A stretch of DNA of 64,000 bases from Octopus sinensis (lineage: Eukaryota), in contig NC_042997.1 of NCBI RefSeq assembly GCF_006345805.1, positions 32,550,001 through 32,614,000 of the forward strand, read 5' to 3'. Positions within the stretch are counted from its first letter, which is position 1, and each line of letters starts with the position of its first letter. Positions 38,401 to 49,366 of this stretch are shown piece after piece. Below the pieces are notes generated by a model that had not been told where the DNA came from, did not search any database, and saw only the letters and a list, made by a program, of their open reading frames with translations. A program made the position numbers and the translations under genes.

Positions 38401-41400
38401 GATGCATTATATGCAAAGATCCAATGAGTTATGGCTGAGTACATTTCCTACCATTCACTACTGCAAGTGTGTGTGTGTGAATACACATCTATCTATAATA
38501 CCTTAAAACTCAGTTTGAACCTTGCTTGCTTGCAATGTTACCCAGCCAAACTGGCACATAATGGGAAAACATTTAATTAAGTTTACCCTGAAATGTTAAT
38601 ATGGATGGAATGAAACAGGTTTCACGTAAATCAGAGTAGTAGTTACTGAGATATTCAGGGTTTGGGGGTATAAATACCCAAAATGGTGCATAACTTCATC
38701 CTGAAAGAGAAGAAACTCTAACACACTGACTTGACAACGAAAAAATTCAATTTGTTGTTTTTCAGTATGTTTCTATTTTCGCTTTTGTTAAACAATATTT
38801 TAATTACTTAGAACTATTTTTAAATGTATGTAATTTCAAAAATCTAAGCTGTTTGTACAATAAGTTTTTATATTTTAGCTCTCTTTAAACAGACAATATT
38901 TTAATGTTCTGTGTATAATAATTTTTTCCCCATAGGTTTTTTTTGAGTGCATTAAACGTATCTCACCTCCAAAGATTTGGCTGCTATTTCTAGCACACCC
39001 TGCTACCATGTAACAGCTATTTGCAATAAAGGACCCAAGATACCAGTTACATAGTTGCAGGGTGTGCAAGAAACAGCAGCCAAATCTTTCCTTTTGGGGG
39101 AAAGGAGCTGTTTATGCATAACTTCAATGTCATATTCGTTGACAGCATACAAAATAACCTGGAAAATACCCATGGAAAAACCTGTGAAACAAAACTCCAT
39201 TGCTAGGAAATTCAGACTTTCCCAGTAACCCATGGGTAGTCTAGTATATATATCATCATCATCCTCATCATTTAACGTCCGTTTTCCATGCTGGCATGGG
39301 TTGGATGGATTGACTGAGCTCTGGAGAGCCAGTGGCTGCACCAGGCTCCAACCTGATCTGGCAATGTTTCTACAGCAAGATGCCCTTCCTAACGCCAACC
39401 ACTCAGAGTGTAGTGGGTGCTTTTTACATGCAACAGCACAAGAGCCAGTTAGGGGGTACTGGCATTGGCCACGTTTGGATGGTACTTTTTATGTGCCATC
39501 GGTATGGGAGCCAGTCAGGGGGCATTGGCCACAACTACAATATTGGTTTTACTTGACTCAACAGGTCTTCTCAAGCATATCATATTGCCCAACGCATCAG
39601 GGGTACTCTTAACAGGGTCAGACATGCATGGCTGCGATCTCACTTTAGTTGTTGGGTTTTCTCAATCAAAGCATATCTCCAAAGGTCTCCATCTCCTGTC
39701 ATTGCCTCTGTGAGACCCAATGTTCGAAGGTCATGCTTCATCACCTCATCCTATGTCTTCCTGGGTCTACCTCTTCTACAGGTTCCTTCCAGAGTTAGGG
39801 AGTGGCACTTCTTCACACAGCTGTCCTCAACCATACATAACACACGACCATACCAGCATAGTCGTCTCTCTTGTACACCACATTTGATGCTTCTTATGCC
39901 CAACTTTTCTCTCAGGGTACTTACACTGTTGTGTATCCACATTACACATCCAGCGGATCATACTAGCTTCATTTCTTTCAAGCCTGTGCATGTCCTCAGC
40001 AGTCATGGCCCATGTTTCACTACCATGTAGCATGGCAGTTAGCACACATGCATCATACAGTCTCCCTTTCATCCTGAGCGAAAGGCCCTTAGTTGCCAAC
40101 AGAGGTAGGAGCTCCCTGAACTTTGCCCAGGTTATTCTTATTCTAGCAGCTATATTCTCAGAGCAACCACCCCCACTATAGACTTGGTTGTCTAGGTAGT
40201 GGAAGCTATTAACTTCTAGTTTCTTCCTCTGGCATGTGATGGAATCTGTTTTCTGTACATCTTCAGTGATATATATATATATATCATCATCATCATCATC
40301 ATTTAACGTCCGCTTTCCATGCTAGCATGGGTTGGACGGTTCAACTGGGGTCTGGGGAGCCCGAAAGCTGCACCAGTCCAGTCAGATCTGGCAGTGTTTC
40401 TACAGCTGGATGCCCTTCCTAACGCCAACCACTCCGAGAGTGTAGTGGGTGATTTTATGTGCCACCGACACAGGTGCCAGACGAGGCTGACAAACGGCCA
40501 CGCTCGGATGGTGTTTTTTATGTGCCACCGACACAGGTGCCAGACGAGGCTGGCAGACGGCCACGCTCGGATGGTGTTTTTTATGTGCCACCGACACAGG
40601 TGCCAGACGAGGCTGGCAGACGGCCACACTCGGATGGTGTTTTTATGTGCCACCGACACAGGTGCCAGACGAGGCTGGCAGACGGCCACGCTCGGATGGT
40701 GTTTTTATGTGCCACCGACACAGGTGCCAGATGAGGCTGGCAAACGGCCACGATCGGATGGTGCTTGTTACGTGCCCACAGCACGGAGGCCAGTCGATGC
40801 GGTACTGGCTACGGCCACGTTCGGATGGTTTTCTTATGTGCCACGTGCCACCGGCACTGGTACCACAAAGATACAAATTCCATTGATGTTCATCTATTTT
40901 GATTTGTTTTGATTTGATTTGATTTGATTTTCACTTGCCTCAACAGGTCTTCACAAGTGTCACAAGAAGGAAGGTATGCACAGGTGGACTGACTACGTCC
41001 CAGGTAGGGGCCATGGGTTATGGCCTGACTAGTCTTGCCGGGTCTTCGGATGGTGTTTTTATGTGCCACCGACACAGGTGCTAGATGAGGCTGGCGAACG
41101 GCCACGATCGGATGGTGTTTGTCATGTGCCCACCGCACTGACTACGGCACTGATGGATTTCTTGTGTGCCACAGGCACTGGTACCACAAGATACAAATTC
41201 CATTGATGTCATCTATTTGTTTTTGATTTGATTTGATTTGATTTGATTTGATTTTCACTTGCCTCAACCGGTCTTCACAAGTGTCACAAGAAGGAGGAAG
41301 GTATGCACAGGTGGACTGACTAGTCTTGCCGGGTCTTCGGAAGGTGTTTTTTATGTGCCCCGACACAGGTGCCAGATGAGGCTGGAGAACGGCCATAATC

Positions 41401-43271
41401 GGATGGTGTTTGTTACGTGCCCACAGCACGGAGGCCGGTCGATGCGGAACTGGCTACGGCCACGTTCGGATGGTTCTCATGTGTGCCACCGGCACTGGTA
41501 CCACAAAGATACAGATTCCATTGATGTTCATCTATTTTGATTTGTTTTGATTTGATTTTCACTTGCCTCAACAGGTCTTCACAAGTGTCACAAGAAGGAA
41601 GGTATGCACAGGTGGACTGACTACGTCCCAGGTAGGGGCCATGGGTTATGGCCTGACTAGTCTTGCCGGGTCTTCGGATGGTGTTTTTATGTGCCACCGA
41701 CACAGGTGCTAGATGAGGCTGGCGAACGGCCACGATCGGATGGCCAGTGATGCGGTACTGACTACGGCCACGTTCAGATGGATTCTTGTGTGCCACCGGC
41801 ACTGGTACCACAAGCGGTACTGACTACGGCCACGTTCGGATGGATTCTTGTGTGCCACCGGCACTGGTACCACAAGCGGTACTGACTACGGCCACGTTCG
41901 GATGGATTCTTGTGTGCCACTGGCACTGGTACCACATTGCTTTCTTTTATTACTTTTAGTAATTGTTACATATATATTTCTATTTCTTTACTACCCACAA
42001 GGGGCTAGACACAGAGAGGTCAAACAAGGACAGACAAACGGATTAAGTCGAATACATCAACCCCAGTGCGTAACTGGTACTTAATTTATCGACCCCCAAA
42101 GGATGAAAGGCAAAGTCGACCTCGGCGGAATTTGAACTCAGTACGTAGCGACGGGCGAAATACCTCTAAGCATTTTGTCCAGTGTGCTAACGTTTCTGCC
42201 AGCTCGCCGCCTTATTGTTACATATAGGCGCAGGAGTGGCTGTGTGGTAAGTAGCTTGTTTACCAACCACATGGTTCCGGGTTCAGTCCCACTGCGTGGC
42301 ACCTTGGGCAAGTGTCTTCTGCTATAGCCCCGGGCCGACCAATGCCTTGTGAGTGGATTGGTAGACGGAAACTGAAAGAAGCCTGTCGTATATATGTATG
42401 CATATATATATATATATTATATATATATATATGTATGTGTGTGCCTGTATTTGTCCCCTAGCATTGCATGACAACCGATGCTGGTGTGTTTACGTCCCCG
42501 TCACTTAGCGGTTCGGCAAAAGAGACCGATAGAATAAGTACTGGGTTACAAAGAATAAGTCCCGGGGTTGATTTGCTCGACTAAAGGCGGTGCTCCAGCA
42601 TGGCCGGAGTCAAATGACTGAAACAAGTAAAAGAGTAAAGAGTATACCTAACTAATAAGCAGCTTTCTCCATTATAGTATAGAGTTTACTTCTGTACCAT
42701 AATGCTTCAAGCAAAGTACAATGCTCAACAATAAGAGAGTAAAGAAAATGAAAAATGAAAATTGGAATCTGTTCCTAGGAAGCAGGGATTCTTTTTTGCT
42801 TTTTTTTTTTTTGGTTGTTTGTTTGTTTGTTTCCCAGGAATGATAAGTTCTGAGGCATTGAGAATCCCTAGGGTTACTTTTCTTTTAATGAAACAAAATA
42901 TGTATTCCATTCATAAAAGTGTCAGTTAAAAATAATATCTGTAAATAATGAAGTTAACCCTTTAGCATTTAAACCGGCCATATCCGGCCAAAAGTATTCT
43001 GCCTGTTTTATGTTCAAACTGGCCAGATCTGGTCTCTCACACCAACCGTACAATATCGTTTTAAAAATAACAGCTACCTCATCAAAATCTCAAAACTACA
43101 AGATTATGCATGATTAGTTCAAAACAATGTGGATGAAAAAGCATTAATTTTGGCAGAATAATGCAAACACTAAAGGGTTAAATATATTTTGAAGACTTCA
43201 GTTACTTACTCGTTGAAAAACTCCCCGGCTGATTCACAAGTCTCTCCTTGTCTCTGACAATTTGTCCATCC

Positions 43272-43306
<35 letters not shown>

Positions 43307-46300
43307 AATTGCAGTGTGGAAGGTGTTGTAAGCCATTTAAGAAACAAACAAAAGCCGTTCAATTCACTTCAACATTAGTACGGATTTTTGTCAGTGAACA
43401 GGTCGCAGTCTTATAGTGACGAAAATATTTCGACAAATTAAACTTAAATGTTGAAGTGAATCGAATGGCTTTTGTGTGTTTCTTAAATGGCTTACAAACA
43501 CCTTCCACGCTGCAATTGTTTTCGTTCCAGCACACGATCTCAGATCAAATCACTTGCTATGCAAGTACATCTCCGTAATATATATATATATATATATATA
43601 TATCCAGCTGTAGAAATCATACCAAAGCTGACAACAGAGTTTGGTGCAGTCTTCTGACTTGGCAGTTCCTGTCAAACTGTTTCATTTATGCCAGCATGAA
43701 AAATGGATGTTGAATGAAGAGGATGTATGTACATGTATAGTATATATCTATATACGTTGTGTGTGTGTATATAAAGTATATATAATATAAGATAATTCAC
43801 TAACTTTGGAACAGGCAGCAATATGGTGATATATCATTGGAAATCCTGCTACAGGAAACAGGGGCTTTGGAAGATCCAAGGATAATGGCCGGAACCGAGT
43901 ACCTGATAAAAACAATAAGAATAATCTTTTCAAGAACTATTTAAATTAAAATGTATCACATAGTTTATTAAATACAATAAGGATTTCTCATATAGGTGAA
44001 ATCTCTAAATTAATTAGGAAGAGAGTTGACTGAAACACACCAGTGAATGACTGGTTTTTAATTCATTGACTTTCACTAGTTAAAAAGCTAATTCAAGCAA
44101 GATTTGAATTATGAACAGAAAAAGTTGGCAGATGACTACAGTTTTGAATGTTAATTTATGAGACCCATTTTCTTATAAGCTGAAACAGCTGCCAAGATGA
44201 CAGCTCATTGGACTTGTGGAATATTTACTTATTTTTTTACTTACTGTTCTGGAGATAATGGCAGTGTCCATGGCCTTTGCAAGCCCTCCAAGACCAGAGT
44301 ACAGTTATCAGTATGCTATAGTTTAAAGATCTAGTCATAGCTGAGTTTGGTTGTGATCTACACCCTCCTGATATTAAAAAGTTTAAAAGTTTATTTCTTT
44401 ATTGCCCACAGGGGGCTAAACATAGAGGGGACAAACAAAGGTGTTAAGTCAATTACATTAACTCCAGTGTGTAACTGGTACTTATTTAAGGCGGCGAGCT
44501 GGCAGAAACGTTAGCACACCAGGCGAAATGCTTAGAGGTATTTCGTCTGCGTTACGTTGTGAGTTCAAATTCCAGGGTCGATAAATTAAGTACCAGTTAC
44601 GCACTGGGGTCGATGTAATCGACTTAATACCTATGTCTGTCCTTGTTTGTCCCCTCTGTGTTTAGCCCCTTGTGGGTAATAAAGAAATAGGTACTTATTT
44701 AATCGACCCCCGAAAGGATGAAAGGTAAAGTCGACCTTAGTGGAATTTGAACTCAGAATGTAACGGCAGACGAAATACCACTAAGCATTTCGCTTGGCAT
44801 TCTAACATTTCTGCCAGCTCATTGCCTTTAAGTTCTTTATAGTGTCTCCCAACTCCCTTTTCATCTTTCTGCAATACAATGTTGTCACACAGATAAGAAA
44901 GATTTTAAGCAGTACAGAAGCCAGCATGCCTAATTCAACAACCCAAAAGATATTTCATAAGATTGGTTCAAGTTATTAAGAGTTTCAAACCAAAGTTTTA
45001 TAAATCCATGGGTTGATACATCATATCAAAAAAAGTAGTGAATTGTTTTTGCTGCAAACTTTTTCCAAACAAATCAAAAACAGGACTTGCAAAGGCATAC
45101 ATGAACACAAGCTTTCTTAAGTGGGAGCATGCTGCTGAGCAAAAGGGGGCTTTGGCTATCAACTAGAGGTCCCAATTCTATATATCAGCTGCTTCTGTAT
45201 GAAGAGGCTGCTAAAAACTCAGGGAAAGGAATATATCAAGGCCACAACGCTTATCTGAAGCAAATTTGCGACCATAAATACTACCTTTTTATTTTTGCCT
45301 TAATTTTATATTAACAACACTAGAGAAGATTTCCTAAAGACATGAAGATGGTGCAAAAGGGCAAGGCAAGGGGGGGGGTTGTCATTTAGCATCTGCTAAT
45401 GGACCTAATATTCTTAATCCCTGATGACACAACTTTATTATCCGAGAACAGTAAAATGGAGAGGCTCTGAAATGCAAAATATTTAAACCTCAATATTCAG
45501 AACAACCATATTGCTAGCTTGGAATCAATAACTAAAGGAGAAATAGAACTCAATAAGTGGGTAAATCAGGCTCATTTGCATTAATTAAGGATGAAAAAAA
45601 AAAAATTTCAAAAACGAAACAGCTCTTAATTGTTCTGTGCTAAACCTTCAACAATGTTTCTATGAAGAAGTTATTGGATATTGATCAGCTTCTAAACTTG
45701 ATTAAATTACTTCTGTAGTGCATACTATCAGTGCCAACTTCTGTCGGTGTTGTTGGCAGTGTGAAGCCCCAAATGAAATAGTAATAGTAGTAGTTTAATT
45801 GAAAAACTTTGTCTTGGACATTGGTCTATACCAGTGCTTTTTAAACTTTTTGCTGGAGCGGAACCCCAAGGAAACATTCCACTGGCCCGAGGAACCCCTG
45901 TGCAATAATTTAATAGTCTTATGCACACATATCTGCACAGGAGACTTAAAAATTACTGCCGATTTTAGCAGTTTTGTAACTTCTTGCGGAACCCTTGGAC
46001 TGAACTAGCGGAACCCTGGTTGAAAACCACTGGTCTATACAATACTTACATATGGAGCGTAACTTATCCTGTTAGGCGAAGTTTCGAAACGAAAGATAGC
46101 CTCCTGCTATATTAAGTGATTAATTATTTTACTGATTAATTATATTGATTAATTATAAATATATACAACACAATTAAATATAACAGTGCAAGAGGGGATG
46201 GGAGGGAGAGATTTTTAAGCACCTATTTTGAAACTTGGTGGCGTACTGCGGAGTAAAATTGACGATGGATTGAAAATGCAGTAAGATATACTTGTCAGGA

Positions 46301-46385
46301 TAAGATACGTGCAATTGTACATTTTTTCTTTCTTATTCTTTCTCTTACTTTCACCGTTTCAACATTTCGCTATATACACTCACAC

Positions 46386-46427
<42 letters not shown>

Positions 46428-49276
46428 ATAAACATTAGGGAATAAATCCTAATTTACAGGGAAAAATCAGATTTAGGATTGAATCCAATTTATAGTAAAA
46501 TATTATATTATATTATATTAGAGACAAAACCACTATTATGCAAATCAAACAAAGAAAGACTTAAGCCAATACATAAAATAATTTATATAAATTAAAATTT
46601 AACAATTATAAATAACCACTACGATCGTTTCATGTCAGCACATCTTTGAGACATTCTTCAGGTGGTTTCAAAACCTAAAATATAATCAATATTTTTAAAA
46701 TATAAATAATCTATATAATCTCAAAGATGTGCTGACACCAAACGATCGTAGTGGTTATTTATAATTGTTAAATTTTAATTTATATAAATTATTTTATGTA
46801 TTGGCTTAAGTCTTTCTTTCTTTGATTTGCATAATAGTGGTTTTGTCTCTAATATAATATAATATATATATATATATATATATTGGTAAAACGGTAAGAT
46901 AACAAAAGAAAGAGACCTCAATATTATGTAAATAGAGGAAATTTATCTATACAATAATATGTTACATTACTCTATAGTTTTATCTTGACTATCGAGTAAT
47001 GTAACATATTATTGTATATATATATATGTATCGCCTGGCGGTGCATATCTATACGTGGATGTGTAAGAAGAATGCAAAACATAAGTTTACAGTCTTTAAA
47101 AAAGATCATTTACTACGCAACACCTGGATAGACAGACACGTCACCGTCGGTGACAAGTGGCGAAGTATAATGCGCAAAAACGAAATAATTTTGAAGGAAG
47201 TGGGGAAGTACCAATTACATCAACCTCAGTGCTCGACGGGTACTTATTTTATCGACCCCCGAAAGGATAAAAAAGCAGTCGAATTCGGCGGTATTTGAAC
47301 TGAAAACGTAGGAAGATATTCAAAAGAAATCTTAAAACTTTACTGAGAGTTTTGACTTGCTACTTATCCTCCCAAGTCTGACACCCCACTAAAAAACTAC
47401 CACGCCCCACCTCGAAAATCCGGCAGGGTCGGGTGAAGCGGCCAAAATAATTTCTGCACACAACTCGTTAAAGCACAATGAGATATGCAAAGTTACGAAT
47501 ACAATTGCAGCGTGGAAGCCATTTAAGAAACACACAAAAGCCATTCGATTTACTTCAACATTTAAGTTTAATTTTTGTCAGTGAACAGGTCGCGGTCTTA
47601 AAGCGACGAAAATATTTTGACAAATTAAACTTTAAAATGTTGAAGTGAATCGAATGGCTTTTGTTTTCGTTTCAGCACACGATCTCAGATCAAATCACTT
47701 GCTATGCAAGTACATCTCCGTAAAGTTACGAATATCTTCAATAAATTATAGAGCTAAAGGAGGAAACATAATAGTAGAACAATTTTTTTTTTTTTATATA
47801 TATAAATACTTCGTTACTTTGTAAATAACTGGAAAGGTGATCCAGTGTTGACATTTCACATGAAACATGCTATTTCGATAGAAAAATATGGCAATGTATG
47901 TATGTACAACATAACTACAGTTACGCCTATTGTACTTGGGGAAATGTGGGATGAACAGAAATAGTGTAGAAGAGTTCTGGGACATTTCAGATATATGTTT
48001 GTGCCTTCTTTAATAGATAGTTTGAGAAGATACAATAACATTGGTTCTGAGACGTTTAACAACAGCAAATGGTGATTTAGTACTGTCGCTTTGCTGAAGA
48101 CTGGGTGTTTGAATTAGCTTGAACAACAGTGCCCGACAATAACAATTAATTCTCTCTTGAAATTTTCTTCCTTCAACTAAAGTTAAAACACGACTATAGT
48201 ATCGCAAAATAATAATAATAATTCTTAATATAAACAAAAAGTTTGAAATTCTGAAAGGATTAAAGGCGAAGTGGACATCGATGGAATGTGAACTCAACGT
48301 AAAGCCGGAAGAAATGGTGCTATGCATTTTGTCCGGTATGTTAATACATTCCGTATGTCAACGAAACAGAAGCTAATTTCATTTATTTACAAATTAGCTG
48401 AATATGATTTACACTTAGGATATGATTATAATACTTTGATGGAAGAGCGTTGGAATAATAAATCAAGAAAACGTCTATTTTTTTTAAAGAACATATAAAT
48501 CATTTGTAAAGGATGGGTACGGGTGGAACGCCTTTAGCCTTTAATCACAGGTCTGCTCAATAGACTGTGACTTGGGACTGAATAATAATACTAAAGTATA
48601 AACTCGAAGAAGCCAAATTTTAGATGAAATACAAAAAAAGAAAAGCAACCCAATCTTTTAGACAATTAATGAAAGAACATTTTTTCAAGGAGTGGGTGTG
48701 ACTCCATAAAAATTATATCAAGAAAGGAAGGTTTAGTATTTAGGGCGTATAACTAACTACAATACTTCAACACTATTTCTATTTATTCAACATGTTCTCC
48801 TATTATTAATTAAATAAATTAAAAACGATATACAATCAATTACACGATGTATTCATTTTAATTTTTAGAAATTACTTTTCAGCTTAATCTTACGTCTTCG
48901 ACGAACGACTAAGGAAGGTGATGGCTATAAACATTTACAAATATCCATGACATAGTTAAGTTAATTAATTGACTCAAAAAGCAAAAAAAAACAAGGACAT
49001 ATAGGGGGGGACATGGAGTTATGTACAGGATGGTGTGTTCATGCAAAGAGTTCAGGCCATTTCTGGTCAAGAGAGACTTTGAACCGATCCTTTTCTTTGT
49101 ATTTCTTTTAAGGGTTTCTGTGGGGTAGGTAATATACTCTGTTAGGCTTGAACTTATTTTCCCTTTATATATATATATATATGTTAAGTTAATTATTTGA
49201 CTCAAAAAGCAAGGCCATGTAGGGGGACATGGAGTTATGTACAGGGTGGTATTCATTCATGCAAAGAGTTCAGGCC

Positions 49277-49366
<90 letters not shown>

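Noticed and set aside
40448-40759. CRISPR-like regular repeats with internal palindromes
   Set aside because: Units are head-to-tail with no unique spacers, derive from an RTE 3' UTR, and there are no cas genes in this eukaryotic context.
47856-48327. Overlapping minus-strand ORFs in GMPPA intron 1
   Set aside because: Short, no motif recognised, no convincing splice signals, partly overlapping a decayed SINE.
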